From NCBI RefSeq assembly GCF_031769215.1, contig NW_026782081.1, forward strand, positions 2,604,001 to 2,668,000: 64,000 bases of DNA, written 5' to 3'. This DNA is from Ylistrum balloti. Lineage: Eukaryota. The translations under genes and the position numbers were made by a program. How positions within the stretch are numbered: the first letter of the stretch is position 1; each line of letters starts with the position of its first letter. Below, in pieces: positions 27,920 to 39,677 of this stretch. The notes under the pieces were generated by a model that did no database searches, had not been told where the DNA came from, and was given only the letters and a program-made list of their open reading frames with translations.

Positions 27920-28396
27920 CAATATTTACTAGTACATGAAATGTTCACCAATCAGTCTATACTGCTACAATTTACTAATTAGAAAAAAAATTCTCATCAA
28001 ATTAATCATTTCACGTCTACTTCCATATTTGTCACAATAATTGAATATGTGATAAATGTTTATTAACCTTTCATCTGTGAATTTCGTTTCAAAAGGATTG
28101 TTAAAGTGAAAATAAATCGCAAAGATAATGAGAATTAATGTAAAACCTATTAACATTTAAATAATTACCATTCTTATGATATATAATTAATGTAAAATTA
28201 TCTAATCATTTATATAATTACTAATCTCATTATCTAGAACTGGCACCAGTTTATCGTCTTCAAACACAGAAGACAATTTCCCAGAGTCTGTCTGATGTTA
28301 TTCCAGACTTGTTTTTACATATTTTTAATACTGAACGAAATAACAAAAATTAGCTTTTGCTTAAAGGTATGACGCACATAGGTACTTTTTGGCAGA

Positions 28397-28494
28397 AGTT
28401 CATAAACAATATCAACACCATTAAAATATTAATTAGTAAAATAATAAAAGTTCATAACGATATCAACACCATTTAAATATTAATTAGCAAAATA
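28397..28494. repeat. 52-bp tandem duplication
   Basis: AGTTCATAA..ATATCAACACCATT.AAATATTAATTAG.AAAATA occurs at 28397 and 28449. Confidence 0.75.
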
Positions 28495-29379
28495 CTGTCA
28501 CCCAATAGTAAATTCGCCGATGCAATTCGCTGTATTTCATTACACGATCTTGGGTTGATTTCGCTTCATGAATTGTACAATATTTTCATAATGACAAAAC
28601 ATCATTACTCGTGCTATTGTACACATCTTGATATCGTATCAGCCAAATCAGCCAGATTCCGTTCCTCATACACAAAATCATAATCATCACTGATTGAAAC
28701 GAATACATACACCTATAATCTCAACGTTTAAGCATACCCTTGATAACATCAGTATTTTCAACTGTCGTTTACATATCAAGATAAAAAATAAATATTAAAA
28801 ATACTCTAACGCCATATTGCTTACGATAGATGTCACATGATATAATCACGCGGAAGCAGTGCATTTTTTATCAAGTTTGCAATTTGAAATGTTTCTATAA
28901 TTACCAAAGTTCCTGATAAACGATCAATTTTCTCGTGTCTTTATGAACACACACTTGCGTTTTATAATGTTGTTGGCAATTAACTGAGCAAGGTGAGTTT
29001 ACATCAATAATAAATAGAATATCAATTAATATGACATAGATTTCATGGTTTTCATCATCAGATGGTAATTTTAGTTGTATCCTAATGTGATTAGGTATAG
29101 TAGGCAGTATATGATAATACTGTAGGGAGTTTAATGGTTATAGCAGTATAACATAATATCACAGCTTTATGTAAAATAGTGTGACTGGCAAAACAACACC
29201 CCATGTACAATAGAAGTGAATAAACTCACATCTCCTGAGGTTTCGTTAAAAAATTTGATACGGCAAGGACTGTGGAATGTCATAAAAACATTTTGAAGAA
29301 ATAAATAGCACGTACATTAGAGAACAAAAGAGTGGAATAAATATAATATCTAAATTTGCATTGGATATGATGACTTCAG

Positions 29380-32300
29380 CTATTGAACCTTTGTTTTGTT
29401 CGTGGCTTTTGGTCGCCCGAAACCTCCGAATATATCCTCTGCGTACTCTCTGTCCGGTCTGTCCAGTGTGTCATGTAGCCAATCAAACAGGTAGGAGTTG
29501 AAACCGAAGTTCACATGAAAATACCTAGAAATAGCATTCGATCATTTGGATATTTACGAGTATCACCGAAGAATGGTCAATAACAAACACCTGTATAATG
29601 GAAATTTGTTATCATTCGCCTAACACTTCGTTGAAATGTTTATTTAAATGTGATATTCAAATATTTTTAAACAGCTCGTGTGTTTCTATTTCAGTATATG
29701 GATTCTTCATCAATATATGTTTCTGCAACAATACTGACTTTGCTAGCATAGGAACCAATGTCATAACTCTCTCTAGCTTAATGAAATTATTGAGTGTATA
29801 AAAATCAACTTATTAATTTCCACAAGGTTTATATTTTTCGGATATTCGGACATGAACAAAACTTACTTGTGATGGTTGTCATGGAATTGTGATGGCGGTT
29901 GCCATGGCCAAAACGCATTCATCTTGACACCTGAGTGATCCATTAGGCCGTAGTAATACGTATACAATAAAACGGGAACATACACAGCTGAAACACAAAT
30001 GAGACAGCTCACAGCAACGTAACAATACACGAACTTAACGGTATAGTTGGCATTTCAATGTCTAATGGCGCACGAGACACGAACTATTTGGAGTTTTATA
30101 TGTCTTGAGTAAAGCCAGATCTGAATTATTGAGTGATTTTCAAATCAGTCATGAAAGAAATACAGAGTTTGTCATCATATTCTTGAAAGAAAGAGGATAC
30201 ACTAGAGAAGAGGAAGAAAGGACTGAGTGTCAGTCAGTCGGGAAAATGTCTTGTTTGGTACTTGTTGGTAAGGAACTAAGCAGAACACATCAAACATTTC
30301 AAATAAGGGTATCTTAGCCCCTTAACATTTCCCAAAACTACAATAATGTCGATATAAACAAATAAAAAAATAAACAACAAGAAAATATCATCATGTCAAC
30401 GTAATCATAATTCAAACGAAATCTGTGTAAACAAAAAACAAAAGAAAGATTCACAGAGATACTCATGAAAAAGCACAAGAAGAATGAGAACACGTGTTCC
30501 GGAAGATTAATGCTTCATCGACGACATTAGTCTAGTAAATCTTGGTCAATCCAAGTAAGTTACGTCATGTTCCCAAATGAGAACAAGGTGTAAAACAACG
30601 GAACTAACAGGCAAACTACCGAGCAGCAAACGCGTTTAGTTGACAACACCTTGCTAGGTAGAGTTTTGTTTTAATTCTGATCGTTCATTACTTGTCAAAA
30701 GCTGTAACTCGAGCTAACTTGGGCGGTAGTTGTGGGGGTAACAATACCTATGTGAATATTACAATATATATCCTCTCAGTAATAAGGTAGTAATGTTTTA
30801 ATCTTACTTCGAATAACCATCGCTATGAATTGAAGTAATTAGTGATACGAATGTTACCAGTATGTTAATTAACAAATTATACACACCAAATTTATTCAAT
30901 GTATGGTTATTTAATTTATACAAAATTGCCGAACGTTATTTCGTGAAAGAACGAGATGAAATAACATTAATTCACGGCAACACGCTTTTAGATATCGCTT
31001 GTTAGCTGTCCAAGATGTACCAACTACAGTGAGATTGCATTTCACTAAAACAACCGGTTAATATCGAATGTACTTATGATTTCTATGTCAGATTTGCCAT
31101 TCAGAAATGTTACTGCAGCTTCTGCAATTCTATTAACATGTGGTACATACATCCTGACAGAAATACTGACAGCTATCCGTATGGTGTTTTTCAGATATTG
31201 TACTGTCTAATGATGAAACAATGAGAGCATTAGAAATAGATTTATCGCATTCGGTAAGAAGTTTCCTTCAGACAACAGTACAAAGTTACACTTCAGGAAA
31301 GCATGTTCTATGTCTGATTCTCATGTCAAGGTCTTTGGGTGCTTTTTTTCTGTTTCGAGTATTTTGATAAAAACTTGTTAACATATTCATATACAAACAA
31401 AAATCAAATAGTTTCCATGTTTCGTTCGTGAGCAGTTATCATTCTCATTGCAAAATACACAAAAACAGACACAGCAAGTTATAGAACTTCATGAACATTT
31501 CATGTATGATTGGATGTTTATGTCTTTAAAGAACAGAGGATACACATGGTGTATTTACCTGGGTGGATAGGCACCATGAAAGGAATGGCGGCTAAGTATC
31601 CCTGGTAAAGTACAAACTCTGCCGGGTGCATGGCTACGGCAGAGAATGCTGTAGGCTGATGGTAGCGGTGGTGAACCTTGTGGATGTGTCTGTACAAGAA
31701 AGGGTAATGAAACAGACGGTGGAGGTAGTAGGCTAGACAGTCGTTGTATAGGAACATTGCAAACGCAGAGAAGGGCAGATAACTCCATCCGTAGTCTGAA
31801 AGTCCGTAGTACATCTTGCTGTAGCCTATGAAGACAGATATATATATGATTATAAATTTGTTATGTAAATGGCGTATCATGAAAATGCCTTATATCAAAC
31901 ACTTGGCGACGGGCAATTTGCAATTGAAAGTTAAAACATTTAGTGTGCTCTATCTCTAAATAGTAAATGGTTGCCTTTGTACATATAAGTCGTGTATATT
32001 TCAAGATCACACATTTAACCACTTGTAGAAGAAATCCATTATGATGTAATAAACTATGAGGAGATATGACCTCCATTTGATATATAGCAGGCAATTATTC
32101 CAGACACCAAAGAACCAAACAGCATGTTGGCTGATCCAAGCAGAATCTCGTGTCTTTCGTTCGCTGGAGTCAAAAACTTGTTTGGTTGGCACTTCCACTC
32201 GTGGGCCTGTGTAAAAATACGATATGTACTTAAACCGTAATGGAGAGGCAACTTGAATATAAAAGCTGAACATAGTTTCAGTAGATAAAAAAGACAGGAT

Positions 32301-35300
32301 TTTCACATCTAGATTAGTTTCTTTAATTAATTCAATTTCACAGCTACATCTGAAAATAAAGTTACCGTCAACACATAACCAACAACATGAAAACTTCAGC
32401 GAGGTTACAAATATATAACAACCGGAACAGAGTAAGCGATAAGGAATGGCATTTCAGGTCAAACATGTACAAAATTCGCTAAGGTGTACCGGAACTATTA
32501 GCAGATATGTTATCATATCTCGTCCATTCATACTCAAAACATCTGGTCGTTTTTACAACGTCATTGTTTGGATAGATGAAAAAAATATGAACACCGAAAA
32601 CGGAAATTGCATGTCGTCAATAACAAAAACATTGTCATAATGGAGAGACGAATTCGGTGGTACAAGCAGAGGGCAAACTGATGGGTAAGTGAAAACGCTG
32701 CATATTGTAATTGTAAATATGTTTTGATTGGTTAATGGGTCAAACTACATTTTAGGTTCTGTATGTGACTAAGACTTGGTATTATTGATTGATAAAATCC
32801 ATGCTGATCTGACCTTCAGCATTTTACACGTTGCTGTAATCTAATCACTCTTAATTGTAAGAATATTTAAATTTCAACACGACGAGTTTATAACAGGTTA
32901 TACATTAATCGGATTTCTAGTGAAATCCATTGCATCTTACGGTCATACAGTGTCGGTGAGAACTTTACAAGATACTTATAATAATGAGTGATACTTTGCA
33001 TCGTTCGACATATTTGTTAAAGTTGCATATTTTTCAGAGAGCAATGTATGTCCATTAACATGATTAACATGCATTTGAAAAGAATAATATCACTGACCAA
33101 CTTTATGTACATCGGCATGACATATGTGATAAGTATATATCTATGTACCCATTACACAGGTGACAATACAGGGAGTGAAACTGGATGCAATAAACAATTC
33201 CATTCGGTGATTTTTAATGGTCAGTTTATGTGTGATGGTTATGAACAGACAAGTCTCCAGAATATAAGTAATCCTTAAACTTTTGGTGCATTTGAGGTCA
33301 AAAGGTCAACAGGGCTTGTCTAGAATAGAAGACGTCTCGTGATATTGACTGTTGTGATCAGATGTCACTTGATTAATATATAAATTTCTTGTTGAGTCGG
33401 AAGTAATGCTAAAAAGGTCCAAACACTGATCACTAGACGTCTGTAGGATCAGCAGTTCTGTCGAAAGTGTGATGTTGATAGCTATTCGAGCGATTTTCCA
33501 TGTGGTAGGGCACTGACATGTATTTACAATTTAATACGCAGATGTAAAATCCTACAGTATGACTAAGCATTCTTTATCAGCAGAAATACAGATAGTGATA
33601 CAGAGACCCAGATGGGACAGAAATGTCATTTTTTGCTAATACGTTGTATATGTTGATATTTGACATCTAAACCCAATGTATTATATGTGATTGATATGAA
33701 CAATTTCATAATTGTTACTGTGTTTCTTAACTAACCACACATTTTTTTTACTTATGTCAGTAGACATGAGAGCGACATGACTGAATTCTTACAATTAACA
33801 GTATTAAATTCAAGCGATAAAAGCTGTATTTCAAACAAGATTAAACCACTCAGTGACTTATCTTGAACTGGCCTTTGTGCCGGATATCAGACTAAACTAA
33901 AACTATACCTTGTCACGTCGATTGATGTAAAAGTACCACATAAATCCATATGCAATACCATAGTACATCACAAATGATGACGTCACTGCTAGAAATAGGA
34001 ATAGCGGAAGGTTTTGTAAGTTCCAGGTTTCAAGTAAGCCCACGTCTCCAGAAGACACTGTAGCATTCACCACTTCGTGTAAACTGGAAGTATTCATCAA
34101 CGTTTGCCATCGGGATTTGCTTAAGTACACCACAAACAACAACCAATCACCTACAGAAGAAATTGTACACAAATTGTCGTGAATTAATGTGACTACAAGA
34201 CCCTATACATCCACGTATCGCATGTTATTGACAGAATTTGTTGACAGCAACGTAATTGTTACAATGCTATATATGTGTAATGTTTTAGTTCACAACAAGG
34301 ACATTTGGGAGTTTTCAAAGCACGGCTAATTGTTATTGTAAACACTATCTAAAGTACATTTCCTCGTGTGAACCACAATACTAAAAACAATTTAAATATA
34401 AACTTTATATATTTTACAACAATAATGAAACAAGCTTTCAGCTTATATTAATTATTCTTGTTGGTCCTGATTGAAGCGCGCGGGGAATTCTTACTGGGGA
34501 GGAAACCGGAATATCCGAGGAAAATCCACGTGATCGGGCAGGTAACCTCTCACCTTTTCACGTCTGTTCAGGGTATCGAACCCCGATCGGATTGGTGAAA
34601 GGTGAGTGCGTTATCACTGCGCCACCCATATTTATTAATACTGAAAAAAGTGAACAGAATAAGAAGTTCATCTTAGAGTACAGATATCAAACAATTATAT
34701 TTGTTATGTGTGCCACGACATTGGAATAAACATTAATTGATCAAATTTGTGTTTGTATTTCTTGAAAATGTCGCACATTACAACTTTTAGCTAATCAGCA
34801 ATAGACGTATTTTATTGGTGATAACACTTTCGTCATATTAGGTCAAGTCTGACCTAAGTACTTTGTGTTGCCCTATCACGCTATGGTCATCTGCATTGTT
34901 GTAGTTATGAAACATGACCTTAGTTATTATACACCGAAGTGTTCACAACTGTAGGTCAGCAGATGTCGCTTTGCCTTCCCCGCCCGCATCATATTACTTG
35001 AGTGTATTACAAAACCTTACGGTTATATCTAAGCGATGTGATGCAGGTGAAGGGTGAATTTATCAAAGGCACGTCGCACTAATAAACGTATTTAAATTGT
35101 GATATAGCGATACAGGGATAACAACAACAACAACGACGACAACAAAAAGCAAATCGTAATACTGCTGTTGATCTAAATGACAATTGTTTTCATTAGACAA
35201 TGTGCTAGTATTAGACTTTACATCAAATAATGATGATACGCCCATGTAAGTGTTGTAACGACAATGTTCACAGATGATGAGGCAAATAATGAAAATTGTT

Positions 35301-38300
35301 TCTGATCAAACTTGGACAATAAATTCTCGTACGGAAGATGTTTTTTTTTGTTTTTTTTTTTTTGTTTTTTGTTTTTAAATTTACAATTCCCCTTTTCGGC
35401 CCCACATCTCAGATGTTGGTCCTTACAGCTAAGTATGCTTCAGACCAAATCAGGACAACGACAAAGTATTCCCACAAAAAAGGGGATTTTAGGGATTTTC
35501 CTTTATCTCCACTATTGGATCCCGCCTCAGAAGAATGGGACCCAAAGTTTATACAAAAATTGGTTCCCCTTAACATTAGTAAGCTTCCAACCAAATAAGG
35601 ACAGAATTCTGATATTTCTACAAAAGAATGGTTTATTTTAATAATAAAACGCAATGCCTCTCTCGCCCCAGGGGCACAAGACCACCTTTTACACAAAACT
35701 GGTTCAACTTCAGAACAAAATTTGGGCAAAACCCAATCATTCCTACAGGAGTTTTAAGATTTTAAAGAATTTGCTTTATTTCCCCTTATCGGACACCGCC
35801 CCTACCGCCCTCCCGCCACAGTTGTCTGGAAAAATATGATTCCCCTTTACCGAAGAATAGTTCAAACAAATTTTGGGCAAAATCCGATTAATCGTACAGC
35901 GGCAGTAGGATTTTAAAGAATTTGCTCTACTTGTCCTATTTGCCCCTCCAACCTCCGGGGGCAAAACCTACATATATATAATTGATTAAACTTCACTGAA
36001 GAATACTTCATACCAAATTTGGTAAAAATCCAACCATTACTACACGAAAAGTAAGATTTCAAAGACTTTGTTCTATTGCCCTTATTTGGCCCCTCCCCTC
36101 CCACCCTAGGGGCTGAAACCTAATGTTTATACAAGAATGATTCCCCTTCAGCTGTATATCAATTCATTCCTACAAGCGGAGTAGGATTTTAAAGAACTTG
36201 CAAAATTTGCCTTTTGGGTCCCTACCCTTGAGGAAGAGAACCAATATTTATACAAATTTGGTTCCTCTTCTCAAAAGGATGCTTCTGACCACATTTGACT
36301 ATTAGCGTTTTCGTAAAAAGGTAACGGACACCGCGCCATGGCGTCCTTCGGACTAGGTGAGCTTAAAAAACAAGAGGAACATTTTTATCGAATATGGCAT
36401 TATACGCCACTGGTCCCAAATCAAGATATAGAGGTTTACATGAACCGTATTTTTGTGTATGTAATCATACAAATCCAAACGTATGTGCGTTCAAAAAGAC
36501 TTAAGCGTTATATTTCGTTATTTTTTAAATTCGGTTGTTTACGTACTTGGAAAGAAGTACGGCGTGTAACCGCCTGATTTGACCTAAATGTAACCAACCA
36601 CTGGAAAAACGACAAAATTCGGGTTGTAATTTCATGGAGTTATATCCAAATGCTAATTATTTGAAAAAATATCAAGGATATGTGACGTGCGTTATATTTT
36701 TTCAGCTGAACAAAGTTGCTATCTTAAGCAACAGCATTAAAACATGGCGTTTTCCCGGATTCAAATGCAACTTTGACACAGCGCACACATGTACCAACTT
36801 ATCATAGGAATCTTCAATCCTATCCTCAAAAATTGGTATAAGTGTGCGCTGATAATAAATGATTGACAAAGAAGAGTCACACTTGATAGTGTTGGAGACC
36901 TGGCAAAATGTAATCTCAATGTTTAACGTATCTCAGGATGATACATATGTATAATGTTGCATATTAATCAGTAATGCGGCAACTGATTTAATCTTTTTTT
37001 TCATATTTCCCAGATTTAATCGTGATATCGCGAGTGACATAGACAGTAAACAAACTCTGCGTTCTATTTTATACACAGTGACTCTGAATGCACGTTTACC
37101 TATCGTCATTATTAGACTGACCAAGGCGATGAACTGCAATAGGTACTGCGTCACGGTAAAGCACCATACTTGTATGTTTACGCGCGAATTAATGGGAATC
37201 CATATGTTTACATGGGAATCCATATGTTTACATGGGAATACATATGTTTACATTGGAACCCGTATGTTTACATTGGAATCCATTTGTTTACATTGGAATC
37301 CATATGTTTACATGGGAATACATATGTTTACATGGGAATACATATGTTTACATTGGAATACATATGTTTACATTGGTATCCGTATGTTTACATTGGAATC
37401 CGTATGTTTGCATGGGAATACATATGTTTACATTGGAATCCGTATGTTTACATTGGAATACATATGGTTACATGGGAATACATATGTTTACATTGGAATC
37501 CGTATGTTTACATTGGAATCCATAGGTTTACATGGGAATACATATGTTTACATTGGAATCCGTATGTTTACATGGGAATACATATGTTTACATTGGAACC
37601 CGTATGTTTACATTGGAATCCATTTGTTTACATGAGAATACATATGTTTACATTGGAACCCGTATGTTTACATTGGAATACATATGTTTACATGGGAATA
37701 CATATGTTTACATTGGAATCCGTATGTTTACATTGGAATCCATATGTTTACATGGGAATACATATGTTTACATTGGAATCCGTATGTTTACATGGGAATA
37801 CATATGTTTACATTGGAACCCGTATGTTTACATTGGAATCCATTTGATTACATTAGAATACATATGTTTACATGGGAATACATATGTTTACATAGGAATA
37901 CATATTTTTACATGGGAATATATATGTTTACATGGGAATACATATGTTTACATGGGAATACATATGTTTACATTGGAACCCGTATGTTTACATTGGAATC
38001 CGTATGTTTACATTGGAATACATATGTTTACATGGGAATCCATATGTTTACATTGGAATCCATATGTTTACATTGGAATACATATGTTTACATTGGAATC
38101 GGATGTTTACATTGAAATCCATATGTTTACATGGGAATACATATGTTTACATTGGAATCCGTATGTTTACATGGGAATACATATGTTTACATTGGAACCC
38201 GTATGTTTACATGGAATACATATGTGTACATGGGAATACATATTTTTACATGGGAATACATATGTTTACATGGGAATACATATGTTTACATTGGAACCCG

Positions 38301-39677
38301 TATGTTTACATTGGAATCCATATGTTTACGTGGGAATACATATGTTTACATTGGAATACATATGTTCACATGGGAATACATATGTTCACATGGGAATACA
38401 TATGTTTACATTGGAATCCGTATGTTAATCGATTGGTTTACATTGTGTGTGTATGTGGGAATTTGTATGTTTACTTTGGAATTCATAAGAATGCGTATCT
38501 TTACATTGAAATTCAATTTTTTAAAGGTAATTTGAATGTATGCTTTGGAAATCATATATTTACATGTAGATTTACGGGTTTATATGTGAATTAGTATTTT
38601 GGCATATGGATTCGCAACTTTACTTGGGAATTCCAATGTTTGCATGGGAAATTATATCTTAAGTTGGAATTTGTATGTTCACGTGTGATTTCATATGTTT
38701 CTATGGTAATTCGTATGTTTACGTGGGATTCATATGCTTTTCATTTAACCATGATGCCCCCCCCCCTTTATTCGCGGTATCTATATTTTAAGTCATATAT
38801 TTACACCTATACGTTACCATCCATTCATTTGCATTTTCATCCATATATTTACTCAAATGTACATCTTTAGTTTTCTTGTCAAAAAATCCCTCTACCTTTA
38901 TTTAAACATTTTATTTCGATACATATATCAATGTAACGCACACGACAACGTAATATGTGAATTGTTAAGTCTTTTAGGCAATAATTTCTCTTCACTGAAC
39001 ACATTCTTACCAGAAATTTCTGTTGGCTCACGTTTCATATTATAGAAAGACCCGAAGCGTTCCGATTGAAATTTTATCCATGGTGCGAACTAACAACAGT
39101 ACAAACCCTCCAATGATTTGTCAGCTTACTGTCGTACTAGTGAAACCTTTACAATAGATATAACCTGAATTGTGATATTATGTTTTAGGCAACGTGTTTA
39201 TCAATGGTCATGTAGAAAAGTGATTTTTAATGGTACCATTACAAATATCCCGATACTGTTAACTTAAATATATACCAAGATTGGATACTCTGGTTCAAAA
39301 TCTAAACTATTTAGAATTGTGGGAAAATCAATAATTGACTGACTGACTGACTGACTGATTGATTGATTTATTGATTTATTGATTGACTGATTGATTGGTG
39401 AATCGTAGTATTAACATATGTAATATAAAAATGTATCACGGATACTGTCTGACGAATGCGTCAAGGTAATATAGTATCGATTTTACTGGAGTGAACACAC
39501 GGAGTTTCTTCTGAAAAAGAACATGTTTAAAATCAATAGATCCTATATGCACTTCAAAGCATATTTATTGATCAACGTATATACTCTACCTCTTGTAGCT
39601 GTTGCAGCGATGAAAACTACGATCATAAATACAACCTTCGCCGCTCCATCTTTGGTTTGTTCCGTCAATTCAACCAT
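29380..39677 (-). CDS. Sterol desaturase / fatty-acid hydroxylase superfamily protein, paralog A (lathosterol oxidase / Delta7-sterol C5-desaturase-like), ~332 aa
   Basis: Six phase-consistent exons: 39677-39590, 34150-33909, 32206-32071, 31825-31559, 29987-29867, 29524-29380 (999 nt). His boxes HRLFH, HKVHH, HDNHH, plus DHSG and YFHVNFG motifs. The intron-3 donor is weak (GTCATA). The exact substrate cannot be told from sequence. Confidence 0.88.
30481..30580 (+). repeat. Dispersed repeat, copy 3, with 3' extension shared with 57183-57290
   Basis: GTGTTCCGGAAG...GTAAATCTTGGTCAATC...GTCATGTTCCCAAATGAGAACAA aligns with 57197-57293. Confidence 0.7.
34494..34627 (-). mobile_element. tRNA-derived SINE (Pol III A/B boxes, followed by a V-SINE-like segment)
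   Basis: The minus strand reads GGGTGGCGCAGTGATAA (A box)...GGGGTTCGATACCC (B box, GGTTCGANNCC)...GGATTTTCCTCGGATATTCCGGTTTCCTCCCCAG. The tail resembles the common TTTTCTCCGGGTACTCCGGTTTCCTCCC SINE core. There is no full cloverleaf. Confidence 0.75.
35376..36369 (+). mobile_element. Non-autonomous Helentron/HINE-like element with internal ~130-150-bp subrepeats
   Basis: GATTTTAAAGAATTTGC-type subrepeats recur at ~35757, 35908, 36055 and 36185, each followed by a C-rich patch. The 3' end GGACACCGCGCCATGGC-GTCCTTCGGAC(hairpin)-TAGGTGAGCTTAAAAAA resembles bivalve HINE termini as I remember them. Confidence 0.55.
37170..38430. repeat. 20-bp satellite array (~60 copies), consensus C(A/G)TATGTTTACAT(G/T)GGAA(T/C)(A/C), in desaturase A intron 1
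   Basis: Directly visible 20-nt periodicity, with degenerate copies trailing to ~38740. The + strand has no stop codon in any frame, which explains the overlapping 134-298 aa ORFs in the track. Confidence 0.97.
39336..39396. repeat. (GACT)n/(GATT)n tetranucleotide microsatellite
   Basis: Directly visible run in desaturase A intron 1. Confidence 0.85.

Noticed and set aside
34561-34627. Possible tRNA gene
   Set aside because: It has A and B boxes but no acceptor stem or complete cloverleaf, and it continues into a SINE body.
37078-38594. Seven overlapping long ORFs (97-298 aa) rich in MFT/YICLH
   Set aside because: They are artefacts of the stop-free 20-bp satellite. All three + frames give the same cycling peptide, and the array lies in a desaturase intron.
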